From: Bacteroidota bacterium
GTDB taxonomy: Bacteria > Bacteroidota > Ignavibacteria > Kapaibacteriales > Kapaibacteriaceae
Length of the DNA stretch: 64,000 nucleotides
Direction: 5' to 3'
NCBI GenBank assembly: GCA_041170435.1
Contig: JBEAYU010000056.1
Coordinates: forward strand, 12,272 to 76,271
The notes under the pieces are model-generated. The model worked only from the letters and a program-made list of their open reading frames with translations, did no database searches and was not told the origin of the DNA. Shown in pieces: positions 19,121 through 28,681 of the stretch (position 1 is its first letter; each line of letters begins with the position of its first letter). The translations under genes were made by a program, and so were the position numbers.

Positions 19121-19369
19121 ATGGAACACGATCTGCACGTATTTACCCCAGAAAATCTGCTTGCGCAGGCCGCCACGGCAGACGAGCACCTCGGATACAA
19201 GATCCTGAGCTTCTACGTCGACGATGCGGGCATTCTCTCCAAGGTGGTCACAGCGCATCGGGCGACGTTCTACTTGTCGCCCTCGGGAGGGACGTTACGG
19301 GACGAGCATCTGAATATCGTTCTCTACAGCGCCAAGTTCGATCTGTACAAAGGCTTCGGTCGGGCCTAA
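19121..19369 (+). CDS. small hypothetical protein (ORF 18980..19369 trimmed to its internal ATG)
   Basis: An 83-aa frame ending 8 nt before the cysteine desulfurase start. No recognisable motif. It lies in the secA/iscS divergent intergenic region. Confidence 0.25.
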   Translation: MEHDLHVFTPENLLAQAATADEHLGYKILSFYVDDAGILSKVVTAHRATFYLSPSGGTLRDEHLNIVLYSAKFDLYKGFGRA

Positions 19370-19376
19370 TGATGCC

Positions 19377-20531
19377 GTGCCATCAACGATGATCTATCTC
19401 GACAATAGCGCAACGACGCGACTCGATGAGGACGTTCTTGAGTCGATGCTCCCTTGGCTTCGTGACGGTTACGGCAATGCCTCGAGCATCTACGACATAG
19501 GGCGACGTGCTCGTGTTGCCGTGGAATCCGCTCGCTCAACCATTGCCCGTGCGCTCAATGCCCACCCGGCTGAGATCATCTTCACGAGTGGCGGCACCGA
19601 GTCCAACAACTCCATTCTCAAGAGCGTCCTGCACGAGTCCGCTCTTGCTCGGCGCTTGGTGGTCGGTGCTACCGAGCACCATGCCGTGCTCCATCCAGCA
19701 GAGGCCGAGCGCAGCGCCGGCACGCCGGTAGAGGTCGTGCCAGTCCATGACGACGGTTGCTTGGATGTAGCGGCACTTGAGCGGTTCAATACCACTGACA
19801 CGCTGGTCAGCATCATGCACGCGAACAATGAAACAGGGATCATTCAGCCCCTTGAAGAGGTTCGCCGTCGAATCCCGAATGCTCTGCTTCACAGTGATGC
19901 CGTCCAGTCTTTTGGGAAGATCCCCATTGATATCGAGCAACTCGGCGTCGACTTCCTGTCTGTCTCGGCACACAAGATCCATGGTCCCAAAGGCGTTGGC
20001 GCGATGTTCATCCGAAAGGGGCTCGACTTCAAGGCTCATCAGCAAGGGGGCGGCCAGGAGCGCAACCGTCGCGCTGGTACCGAGCCGGTGGCTCTGATCG
20101 TTGGTTTTGCCACGGCTGTTCAGAAGGCCATCGACGATGTTGATGCACGGTCACGTCACATGCTTGAATTGATGCAACGTGCACGACAACTTATACAGGC
20201 CGATATCCCCGATGTACGTGTGAACACGCCGGAAGTCGGGTCGCTACCCAACATCCTGAATGTATCGTTTCTCGATGCAGAACGTCTCGACGGAGAGGCC
20301 ATCATCCAATCGATGGACATTGCCGGTGTTGCAGTTTCAAACGGAAGCGCCTGTGTCTCCGGAAGTCAGCAACCGTCACATGTGCTCTTGGCAATGGGTA
20401 GGCCTGCTGCTGAAGCTCGCGCAGCGGTGCGTTTCTCCGTGAGCGTGCACACCACGCACGACGAAATCACACAAGCGTGTGCAATACTTCGTGATGTCAT
20501 TCGTAATTTGCGTGGTCAAACACACAATTAG
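19377..20531 (+). CDS. iscS: cysteine desulfurase (IscS/NifS family, class V aminotransferase)
   Basis: SAHKIHGPKGVGAMFIR (PLP-lysine region), the conserved SGSACxS active-site cysteine loop (SNGSACVSGS); 384 aa. Confidence 0.85.
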   Translation: MPSTMIYLDNSATTRLDEDVLESMLPWLRDGYGNASSIYDIGRRARVAVESARSTIARALNAHPAEIIFTSGGTESNNSILKSVLHESALARRLVVGATEHHAVLHPAEAERSAGTPVEVVPVHDDGCLDVAALERFNTTDTLVSIMHANNETGIIQPLEEVRRRIPNALLHSDAVQSFGKIPIDIEQLGVDFLSVSAHKIHGPKGVGAMFIRKGLDFKAHQQGGGQERNRRAGTEPVALIVGFATAVQKAIDDVDARSRHMLELMQRARQLIQADIPDVRVNTPEVGSLPNILNVSFLDAERLDGEAIIQSMDIAGVAVSNGSACVSGSQQPSHVLLAMGRPAAEARAAVRFSVSVHTTHDEITQACAILRDVIRNLRGQTHN

Positions 20532-20574
20532 TCGCCGTTTGTCACCTTTTCACTGTTTCTGCAGGAGTATCATC

Positions 20575-21219
20575 ATGCGAAAGACCTTCATCAGCGTCGT
20601 TGCTGCACTCGCGATGTCATCGCTGGCCATGGCAACATCAATTCCCGGAGCAACCCCCGGTGTCAAGAAGTACACGCTGAACAACGCTGTCGGCAAGAAT
20701 GCCATCGAGTTTGTCTCGGACGCTCCTATGGAGAAGATCAATGGTAATGCTGATGGGCTCGATGGATCTTTCAATCTTGATGCATCGAATCTTGAGGCCA
20801 CCACGGGAACGATCAGCGTCAAGGTCATGACGATGAAGACTGCCAACAGCAAGCGTGATGAACACATGTATGATGCTATGTGGCTTGATGCCGCGAAGTA
20901 TCCGACAATCAGTTTCGATGTCAAGTCGCTCAAGGACGTCAAGGTGACAACAAAGGATGGGCGCAGTGTTGTCACGGCAACCGCTGTTGGAAGTTTCACG
21001 TGTCATGGCGTGACCAAGCAGAGCAGTGCAAGCATCACGATTACGTACCTGCCAGAGTCAGCCGAGACGAAGAAGCGTGCATCGGGCAATCTGGCCATGA
21101 TTGAAGCCTCGTTCAAGGTCGCACTGGCCGATCACAACATCACAGGTAAGGCAGGCGTCGTTGGCAAGAGCGTCGGAGAGACCATTGCTGTCGCCGCGAA
21201 GCTCTTCTCGAACTCCTGA
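20575..21219 (+). CDS. YceI-family periplasmic polyisoprenoid-binding protein
   Basis: ORF 20479..21219; real start is the ATG at 20575 (MRKTFISVVAALAMSSLA signal peptide). The protein shows the YceI-like beta-barrel pattern and its length (~214 aa) fits the family. Confidence 0.7.
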   Translation: MRKTFISVVAALAMSSLAMATSIPGATPGVKKYTLNNAVGKNAIEFVSDAPMEKINGNADGLDGSFNLDASNLEATTGTISVKVMTMKTANSKRDEHMYDAMWLDAAKYPTISFDVKSLKDVKVTTKDGRSVVTATAVGSFTCHGVTKQSSASITITYLPESAETKKRASGNLAMIEASFKVALADHNITGKAGVVGKSVGETIAVAAKLFSNS

Positions 21220-21253
21220 TTTTACCCAAACCTTTTCGACATGGAACCTTCGG

Positions 21254-21285
21254 GCCAACGCAAAACGTTGGCTCGTCGTATTTTC
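21254..21285 (+). terminator. rho-independent terminator candidate downstream of the yceI-like gene
   Basis: GCCAACG-caaaa-CGTTGGC stem-loop followed by a tcgtcgTATTTTcag T-tract. Confidence 0.5.
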
Positions 21286-21317
21286 AGCGGCCTCTGCATT
21301 CCAATTCCGGAGTCAAC

Positions 21318-23780
21318 ATGCCCATGCGTCTTACAAAAGTCCTCGGATGCTTCGCCATTAGGATGGCGTTTATCCTCCTGATGTCATCCATTGTATCGGT
21401 GTCTGCTGTCGCAAGCAGCGGGGGTATCTCCGGACGGTCCGTCGTTGGCTGTGGTGGATGCCATGGTGGTGCTGCTGCCAACACAACAGTGAACCTAGAG
21501 GGTCCGCGCACGGTAAAGGCAGGTGCGACGAACACCTTTACATTCATTGTGGGGCATCCGCAGCATCGCAATGCGGGGTTCAATCTGAGTTTCCGAGATA
21601 ATGCCGGAACGGTTGGTACGCTGACCCCGGGACCCAATACACAGATCTTTGCCAATGAGCTGACGCAGACCGGGGTGACGGCTTTCGCTGGCGCCACTGC
21701 GCGCTTCGCCTTTCAATGGACGGCCCCGGCCGCTCATGGCACATACAGTTTTGCAGGTGTTGGTAATGCCGTCAATGACGATGGCAACGATACCGATGCA
21801 GATGATTGGGCAGCCAGCGGAAACATCACCATCACGGTGTCGGGTGCAAACTTTACGAAGCCGGCTGCCGGCACGACCATCTGTGCAGGTTCTGAGATCA
21901 CCATTGAATGGAATCAGACTGGCCTAGGAACTGTCCGGATTGAGATGTCGAAGGACAACTTCGCTACCACTCAAGAGATCAGCACAATGGCCGCCAGTGG
22001 CTTGTCGACGCGCTACACAGTACCGGCGGCAACCGAGGCGGGCACATATATCATCCGCATGGTTGATGCTGCCACTGGCGAGGAGATCGCCCGGACAGGC
22101 GCCGTCACCGTGCAGGCCGGCCCCAACATCACATTACAGCCTGTGCCGACATTTGTTTGCGAAGGAAAGACGCTCACGCTTACCGTTTCTGCAACCGGCT
22201 CGAATGCTCAGTATCGATGGCGTAAGAACGGCGTTGACATTGCCGGCGGCACAAGCTCTGTCTTGACAATCCGGCAGGTTGACTCTACTCATGCCGGACT
22301 CTACCAATGCGTGGTGTTTGCCTGCAATACTAACGCATCATCAACCGAAGTTCAGGTCACCGTTGGGAGGAGTCCCGTCATCGTCACGCAGCCTCTGCCA
22401 CGGCAGCGCTGTGAGGGCGACACTGCTACATTCAGGGTCCGCGCTACCGGCTCCGATCTTCGATATCAGTGGCTGAAGAATGGAGCTCCTTTGCCGGATG
22501 ATACGACGACCGTCTTGTCATTTGATCGCGTTGCACTTCTTGACGAGGCAACCTATACGTGTCGCATTGAGGGGCCATGTTCGCCAACTGTCACGACGAA
22601 TCCGGTGACGCTGACGGTCGTGGAGCTTCCAACGATTCGGACGCAGCCAGTAGATCGCTCATTGCGTGAAGGAGATACGCTCACGCTTTCGGTGGAGGCT
22701 GGAGGAGAGGACCTTGTCTTCCAATGGTTCCGTGATGGGAAGGTCCTGGCTTCTACCAACAACCGCGTGCTTCGCATCGCCGGTGTCACCCGCGCCGACA
22801 GCGGCATCTACACATGTGCGGTCTCGAACAGATGCGACACCGTCACCTCAAAGCAGGCTCTTGTGAAGATCGCTCCGTTGGCAGGCCCCGGCCGCCTGAC
22901 GCTGACATCCTCGTCCATCTCGCTTGGCACGGCTGTTGCCTGCCTTACGGTTGACACCACGCTCACCGGACTGCTTGTCAACGATGGCGGAGCACCTGTT
23001 ACCGTCACTTCGATCTCTGCCGAACCAGTTGCCAAGGTCGAAGTTGTGGGCCTGCGAGCCCCATTCACGATGGAGCCAAACGAACGTCGCAACCTCCAGA
23101 TTCGGGTCAGCCCGAACGTCCCTGGACCCTACGAGGCGGCAGTGACGTTCTTTGCCAGCTCCGGACAGCAAACCGTTACGATCAACGGGGATGGTGCTCC
23201 TGCGCTGCGTTTTCCGAAGGACACGTTGCTGTTCCCGAAAGGGCAAGCCGGCGTGACGATCTGCAACCAATCGCTACCCATGCCCTGCGCGGTAACCAAG
23301 ATCACGGGCGTACGAATTTCTGGATCGGGTGCCAGTACATGGGGGTTCAGTCCGTTCCCGGATACGCCGATCGATCTGAAGAACGGTGATCAGCTCAGTC
23401 TTTGTGTAACGTCTGTTCTCGGCGAGGGTGAGGGGGCGCTAGTAAGTGTTAGTACCGACATTGGACTGGTCACGTTCCAGGTGGAGCGCAGCGACGTCAC
23501 CAGCGTTGACGAGGACGATCGTTCTGTGACCGCGGGGTCGGTGCGCGTATTCCCGAATCCAGCGGTCTCGGATGTGAGTATCGTCGGTTCCGCTGATGAG
23601 ACACTCAAGGTCTCGATCTACACCATCACCGGCCAGCTCATGCAGACCCTTCAGGGAAGGGGCGAACTGCGGTGGGATCGCCGTGACATGTCCGGTGCTG
23701 TTGTCAACGGTGGACTCTATGTGATGTCAATCGAAGGTTCATCAAGTGGCAGATCGTTGCGGAAAGTACTTCTGTACTAA
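21318..23780 (+). CDS. secreted protein with repeated immunoglobulin I-set-like domains and a T9SS C-terminal sorting domain
   Basis: Signal peptide. At least 4 Ig-like repeats with the pattern YxWxKNG...L.I..V...D.G.Y.C (YRWRKNGVDIAGG...AGLYQCVV; YQWLKNGAPL...ATYTCRI; FQWFRDGKVL...SGIYTCAV). The C-terminus ...VRVFPNPAVSDVSIV...LYVMSIEG...KVLLY matches the Por_Secre_tail type. Confidence 0.8.
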   Translation: MPMRLTKVLGCFAIRMAFILLMSSIVSVSAVASSGGISGRSVVGCGGCHGGAAANTTVNLEGPRTVKAGATNTFTFIVGHPQHRNAGFNLSFRDNAGTVGTLTPGPNTQIFANELTQTGVTAFAGATARFAFQWTAPAAHGTYSFAGVGNAVNDDGNDTDADDWAASGNITITVSGANFTKPAAGTTICAGSEITIEWNQTGLGTVRIEMSKDNFATTQEISTMAASGLSTRYTVPAATEAGTYIIRMVDAATGEEIARTGAVTVQAGPNITLQPVPTFVCEGKTLTLTVSATGSNAQYRWRKNGVDIAGGTSSVLTIRQVDSTHAGLYQCVVFACNTNASSTEVQVTVGRSPVIVTQPLPRQRCEGDTATFRVRATGSDLRYQWLKNGAPLPDDTTTVLSFDRVALLDEATYTCRIEGPCSPTVTTNPVTLTVVELPTIRTQPVDRSLREGDTLTLSVEAGGEDLVFQWFRDGKVLASTNNRVLRIAGVTRADSGIYTCAVSNRCDTVTSKQALVKIAPLAGPGRLTLTSSSISLGTAVACLTVDTTLTGLLVNDGGAPVTVTSISAEPVAKVEVVGLRAPFTMEPNERRNLQIRVSPNVPGPYEAAVTFFASSGQQTVTINGDGAPALRFPKDTLLFPKGQAGVTICNQSLPMPCAVTKITGVRISGSGASTWGFSPFPDTPIDLKNGDQLSLCVTSVLGEGEGALVSVSTDIGLVTFQVERSDVTSVDEDDRSVTAGSVRVFPNPAVSDVSIVGSADETLKVSIYTITGQLMQTLQGRGELRWDRRDMSGAVVNGGLYVMSIEGSSSGRSLRKVLLY

Positions 23781-23805
23781 GCAGCCACGCCAGTTGAAAA
23801 AGGAA

Positions 23806-23839
23806 ACGCCGCATCGGGTCGAGATCCGATGCGGCGTTG
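23806..23839. terminator. bidirectional stem-loop terminator between the convergent Ig-like gene and gdh
   Basis: AACGCCGCATCGG-gtcgagatc-CCGATGCGGCGTT, a perfect 13-bp stem. It has a T-rich flank on the minus-strand side (gdh) and GTCGTTTCG on the plus side. Confidence 0.6.
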
Positions 23840-23861
23840 TCGTTTCGACGTGATCCAGTGT

Positions 23862-25316
23862 TTACGGGAAGATTCCGAGAGACATGTAGGACGTCGCGAT
23901 CTTGTCGATCGAGCTGACGAAGGCAGCCGTCCGCATATCCTTGACCTTCGGGTTGCCGAAGTAGATCTCACCAATGGTGTGATACGAATCGATCATCGTG
24001 TCTTCCAGACCTGAGTTTACCAGGTCCTCTTCATCGGCACCACGGGCGATGACCTGACGCTCGGCGAGAGTGAGGCTCTTGCCCGTGAGGCGTTCAACGG
24101 TATCGACAATGCGCAGATTCGAGCCTTCTTCGAAGCGCTTGTCCATACGGCCGAAGCGCACGTGCGAAAGGTTCTTTAGCCATTCGAAGTACGACACCAC
24201 CACGCCGCCGGCATTGACGAACATGTCGGGCATCACGAGGATGCCCTTCTTCAGGAGGATAGGCTCGGCCTCCGACGTGATCGGTCCGTTTGCTCCTTCG
24301 GCAATAATCTTTGCCTTGATCTTGGCAGCGTTGCCCTTGTGGATCTGTGATTCAAGAGCTGCCGGCACGAGGATGTCGCACTCGTGTTCGAGGACGCTGT
24401 TGCCATCCTTGATCGTCTTACAACCGGCAAATCCTGTAATGGAGCCTGTTGCTTGGCGATGAGTTTGGAGGGCATTGATGTCGATACCCTTTGGGTTGAC
24501 GATCGCCCCGTCCCATTCGATAACGCCAACGACCGTTGCACCGGCTTCATACAGGAACTTGGCTGCGTAGTAACCAACATTTCCAAAGCCCTGAACGATC
24601 ACGCGCTTGTCGGCAAGCCCCGTGCTCATCTTCAGCTTCTTCATGAGCTTTGGATCGTTGACGGCCTCCCGGACGGCGAAGAACAAACCGCGCCCGGTCG
24701 CTGCGGTGCGTCCGCGCACGCCACCTTGACCAACGGGCTTGCCCGTGACGCAGCCCAAGGCATTGATGTCGTCCTGGACCATGGCCTGATACGTGTCGGC
24801 GATCCAGGCCATTTCCCGTGGACCTGTACCATAATCAGGCGCAGGCACGTCCACTGAGGCGCCGATGAAATTCTTCTTGATCAACTCCACCGTGTAGCGG
24901 CGTGTGATGCGCTCAAGCTCTTCTTCCGTGTATTGCTTCGGGTCGATCCGAATTCCACCCTTGCCACCACCGAATGGCACGTCAACGACGGCGCACTTGT
25001 AGGTCATCAGGGCAGCCAGAGCCTGAACTTCTTCCTGATCCACCGTCATGGCATAGCGGATGCCGCCCTTGGTAGGAAGCTTGTGGTGACTGTGTTCGGC
25101 GCGCCATGCCTGGATCACCTGAATCCCGCCCTTGATGCGCACGGGAAACTGCATGTAGTACACCGAGTTACAGGCACGGATCTGATCAAGGAGTCCTTGG
25201 GGGATATCCATGATCGACGCTGCCTTGTCAAAGTAGGCGTTAACGGATTCCAGGAACGGATTGTGCCCTGGGAAGTGGGAGGACTGAGATGCTCCCTTTT
25301 TTGCTGATGCAGCCAT
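23862..25316 (-). CDS. gdhA: Glu/Leu/Phe/Val-family glutamate dehydrogenase
   Basis: GGIRYAM...[13 protein letters not shown] catalytic-lysine glycine-rich motif and a [16 protein letters not shown](P) Rossmann motif. 484 aa. Confidence 0.9.
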   Translation of the reverse strand: MAASAKKGASQSSHFPGHNPFLESVNAYFDKAASIMDIPQGLLDQIRACNSVYYMQFPVRIKGGIQVIQAWRAEHSHHKLPTKGGIRYAMTVDQEEVQALAALMTYKCAVVDVPFGGGKGGIRIDPKQYTEEELERITRRYTVELIKKNFIGASVDVPAPDYGTGPREMAWIADTYQAMVQDDINALGCVTGKPVGQGGVRGRTAATGRGLFFAVREAVNDPKLMKKLKMSTGLADKRVIVQGFGNVGYYAAKFLYEAGATVVGVIEWDGAIVNPKGIDINALQTHRQATGSITGFAGCKTIKDGNSVLEHECDILVPAALESQIHKGNAAKIKAKIIAEGANGPITSEAEPILLKKGILVMPDMFVNAGGVVVSYFEWLKNLSHVRFGRMDKRFEEGSNLRIVDTVERLTGKSLTLAERQVIARGADEEDLVNSGLEDTMIDSYHTIGEIYFGNPKVKDMRTAAFVSSIDKIATSYMSLGIFP

Positions 25317-25351
25317 ACGTCAGCTTTGTAGGTGAAACAAGAGATGGTGAA

Positions 25352-26452
25352 TTACAGATTGCCTCTGAGTGCCTGTTCGCGTTCGATGGATTCGAACAGT
25401 GCCTTGAAGTTGCCCTTGCCAAATGACCGCGCACCGCGCCGCTGAATGATCTCAAAAAATACCGTAGGACGATCTTCCACCGGCTTTGTAAAGATCTGAA
25501 GCAGGTAACCTTCTTCGTCCCGGTCGACCAGGATGTTGAGATCACGCAGATCATTGATGTTCTCGTCGATCGATCCGACGCGCTCGAATAGATCCTCGTA
25601 GTAGGTGTTCGGTACGTGTAGGAACTGCACACCGCGGCTGCGCAGTTCCCCCACGGTATGAATGATATCATCGGTTGCCACGGCAATATGCTGAACCCCT
25701 GCGCCGCGGTAGAATTCAATGTACTCCTCGATCTGACTCTTCTTCTTTCCCTCGGCTGGCTCATTGATCGGGAACTTCACGTATCCCGATCCGTTGGAGA
25801 CAACCTTTGACATCAGGGCAGAATACTCGGTGGAGATATCCTTGTCGTCAAATGTGATCAGAAGCTTAAAGCCGAGAACGTCTTCATAAAACTTCACCCA
25901 CGTGTTCATTTGACCCAGCTCGACGTTGCCAACGCAATGGTCGACATACATCAGCCCGATCGGCTCGGTCTTGTATCCATCGTCCAGTGCCTTATAGCCC
26001 GGCATGAATGGACCGGTATAGTTCTTACGCTCGACGAAGGTGTGCACCGTGTCGCCATAGGTCCTGATTGTGGCCGTGACGACCTCGCCGAACTCGTCCG
26101 TGAGGACCGTCGGCTCTTGCACGCCCACAGCTCCGCGCGAGGTTGTCGCGTGCCATGCTGCCGTGGCATCATCAACCCATAATGCGAGCACCTTGACACC
26201 GTCACCATGCTTGGCGATATGTTCAGTGATGGGGCCGTCAGGGTGCATCGGAGACGTCAGCACGAGACGGATCTTGCCTTGCTGCAGCACATACGATGCT
26301 CGATCGCGCACACCCGTTTCGGGGCCGGCATACGCCACGAGTTGGAAGCCGAAGGCCGTTCGATAGAAATACGATGATTGCTTGGCATTACCACAGTAGA
26401 TCTCAAGGTAATCCGTGCCATTGAGCGGCAGAAAATCTTCAGTCGTGCTCAT
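25352..26452 (-). CDS. hppD: 4-hydroxyphenylpyruvate dioxygenase
   Basis: Two VOC-fold halves and the C-terminal FFEIIQRRGARSFGKGNFKALFESIEREQ...RGNL characteristic of HPPD. 366 aa. Confidence 0.85.
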   Translation of the reverse strand: MSTTEDFLPLNGTDYLEIYCGNAKQSSYFYRTAFGFQLVAYAGPETGVRDRASYVLQQGKIRLVLTSPMHPDGPITEHIAKHGDGVKVLALWVDDATAAWHATTSRGAVGVQEPTVLTDEFGEVVTATIRTYGDTVHTFVERKNYTGPFMPGYKALDDGYKTEPIGLMYVDHCVGNVELGQMNTWVKFYEDVLGFKLLITFDDKDISTEYSALMSKVVSNGSGYVKFPINEPAEGKKKSQIEEYIEFYRGAGVQHIAVATDDIIHTVGELRSRGVQFLHVPNTYYEDLFERVGSIDENINDLRDLNILVDRDEEGYLLQIFTKPVEDRPTVFFEIIQRRGARSFGKGNFKALFESIEREQALRGNL

Positions 26453-26455
26453 CTC

Positions 26456-27598
26456 TTACACCTCGCTAGCGAGAATTGGTGACGGTACAATCGTTGAAGC
26501 AAGGCCTCTGGCAGAGGCTAGGATCACATCGGCAAGGCGCGTGACCTGCTCGACAGTGCCTGTACTGATGCGTACGCACGTCGGGAGGCCAAAGCCGGTG
26601 AGCGGACGAGAAATGAAGCCCCCAAGCAGAAGATCGCGATGAAAACCGGTGGCATTCTGATCAGAGCCCAGGTCGAACATCAGAAAGTTGGCGCTCGGTT
26701 CGGCCGTTGATAGGCCTGCCTGAGCGGCAGCGCTCTTCATGATCGTGAGGCACTCTGCATTCAGGACAACGGTGCGCTGAACGAACTCCTGATCATCAAG
26801 TGCCGCAATAGCCGCACTGCATCCGATACCGTTGGGATCGAAGGGCAGTTTCGTGCGTCGCAGCCACTGGATGACGTCCGGGTGTCCTATGGCATAGCCG
26901 ATCCGCAGAGCGGCAAGGCCATACGCCTTTGAGAATGTCCGCAAGCGGATCACGTTGGGTCTGGCAAGCATTGCTTCGCTGGCACAGCGCTCGGGGTGGA
27001 GATATCGGGCGTACTCGATGTACGCCTCATCGATCACCACAAGCACTGTTTGTGGCACGCGCTCAAGCAGGCCTTCCAAGTCAGACGCGTCAACGTGCGT
27101 ACCCGTCGGATTGTTCGGGTTGGCAATGTAGATCACCTTTGTCGTCGAGTCGATCGCATTGGCAATCGCCTCGACGTCATAGTGGTGCCCGGCGCGTTGC
27201 CGCACCAGTCTGTACTGACGCTCGGCGCCGGCAACGGCAAGCCGAAAGCTCACGAACGTCCCCTCGCTGCTGAGGGCCGTTTCGCCTGGCAGCAGGAAGG
27301 TGCGCATGATCTGGTGGATGATCGCATCGCTACCGTTGTGAACACTGATCGACTCTGCCGAGACTCCATGAAACTGAGCAAGACGCTCGCGGAGAGCCTC
27401 TCCGCCGTCATTGTAGAGACTCACATGGCGCAGGGCCTGCATCGCTGCGTCAATGGCAAGGGGCGAGCAACCCAAGGGATTTTCGTTCGATGCCAGTTTC
27501 TGCACATCGGCCAAACCGAATTGCGCCATGATCTGCTCGGGAGATGCTCCCGGAGTATATGCCGACGTGGAGTGCAGATGAGGGTTGACGCTAATCAT
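26456..27598 (-). CDS. histidinol-phosphate/aromatic amino acid aminotransferase (class II PLP)
   Basis: NENPLGCSP, IVIDEAYIEYA and RLRTFSKAYGLAALRIGY (PLP-lysine SKAYGLA) HisC-family motifs. Sitting in an operon with hppD suggests a tyrosine aminotransferase role. Confidence 0.75.
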   Translation of the reverse strand: MISVNPHLHSTSAYTPGASPEQIMAQFGLADVQKLASNENPLGCSPLAIDAAMQALRHVSLYNDGGEALRERLAQFHGVSAESISVHNGSDAIIHQIMRTFLLPGETALSSEGTFVSFRLAVAGAERQYRLVRQRAGHHYDVEAIANAIDSTTKVIYIANPNNPTGTHVDASDLEGLLERVPQTVLVVIDEAYIEYARYLHPERCASEAMLARPNVIRLRTFSKAYGLAALRIGYAIGHPDVIQWLRRTKLPFDPNGIGCSAAIAALDDQEFVQRTVVLNAECLTIMKSAAAQAGLSTAEPSANFLMFDLGSDQNATGFHRDLLLGGFISRPLTGFGLPTCVRISTGTVEQVTRLADVILASARGLASTIVPSPILASEV

Positions 27599-27661
27599 GG
27601 GCTACAAAACTACGAAGCATGCCCCTATCTTCGCGGTTCATCACGACCACTCGGAAATCCT

Positions 27662-28681
27662 GTGCCAGCACCTCCAAAGTCACGTATCGTCATCATCTTC
27701 ACCGGTGGTACGATCGCATCGAAGCTCGACTCCGAATGGGGAGGTGTCGTTCCCAGCATGTCAGGCGGCGAGATCCTTGCGCGCATTCCGGGGATCCGTA
27801 CTGTGGCCGACATTTTGGTGCATGAGTATGGGACGTTCCCGGGTCCGCACATCTCCATCGAGCGTATGTGGGAGATCTCCCAGATCGTGTCACAGTACGT
27901 CAATGACCCAACGGTTGACGGAGTGGTTGTGACCCACGGAACCGATACCTTGGAAGAAACGGCGTATTTCTTGGACTGCTGCGTTGATACCGCCAAGCCG
28001 ATCGTCGTGATCGGAGCCATGCGTAACAGCAGCGAGCCAGACTGGGATGGGCCGCGAAATCTCCGTGATGCCGTGACGGTCGCAGCACATCCGGCCTCTC
28101 AGGGACTCGGCGTGCTGGTCTGCCTGGGAGGCATCATCACGGCGGCCTCCGAGACCTCCAAGACGGATACGCAGGATCTGTCGACATTCGTCAGCTTTGA
28201 CTTCGGCCCCATTGGACGGATTTCCAACGGAGTTGTCTTCTTTCATCGCCGCCCGCTTCACCGAGAGAGCTATCAGGTGAGCACGGTACCGTCCTTTGTT
28301 CCGTTGTTGAAATCCTACGCCGGAATGGACGCCACGCTGATCGATGCATGTCTCGCTGCAGGATGCTCTGGACTGGTGATCGAGGCATTCGGAGTAGGTA
28401 ACGTCACGCCCCCTGTCTTCAATGCGCTCCGAGCAGCCTCCAGTGATGGTCTGCCCGTGGTCCTTGTATCCCGATGCCCAGTGGGCCGCGTCGAGCACAT
28501 CTATGCGTACGAGGGGGCCGGCACGCACCTGCATGCTGCGGGGATCATCTTTGCCGACTACCTCAACGGACAGAAGGCCCGCATCAAGCTGATATGTGCG
28601 CTCGGGGCCGGGCTGGATGTCGATCATATCCGCTCGAGCTTCGAATGGGCTGATGCCTCAGGTTCGGGAGCATTGGCATGA
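27662..28681 (+). CDS. ansA: L-asparaginase (type I/II family)
   Basis: IVIIFTGGTIAS threonine active-site motif, VVTHGTDTLEETA and GAMRNSSE. ORF 26996..28681 is a spurious 5' extension running antisense through the aminotransferase gene. The first plausible start is the in-frame GTG at 27662, 3 residues before the conserved block. Confidence 0.8.
   Translation: MPAPPKSRIVIIFTGGTIASKLDSEWGGVVPSMSGGEILARIPGIRTVADILVHEYGTFPGPHISIERMWEISQIVSQYVNDPTVDGVVVTHGTDTLEETAYFLDCCVDTAKPIVVIGAMRNSSEPDWDGPRNLRDAVTVAAHPASQGLGVLVCLGGIITAASETSKTDTQDLSTFVSFDFGPIGRISNGVVFFHRRPLHRESYQVSTVPSFVPLLKSYAGMDATLIDACLAAGCSGLVIEAFGVGNVTPPVFNALRAASSDGLPVVLVSRCPVGRVEHIYAYEGAGTHLHAAGIIFADYLNGQKARIKLICALGAGLDVDHIRSSFEWADASGSGALA

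Noticed and set aside
26996-27661. 5' 222 codons of the 561-aa ORF
   Set aside because: Antisense to the aminotransferase gene, and there is no start codon near the conserved asparaginase N-terminus. Treated as an ORF-caller extension.
27890-28627. 245-aa minus-strand ORF
   Set aside because: Antisense to the asparaginase gene.
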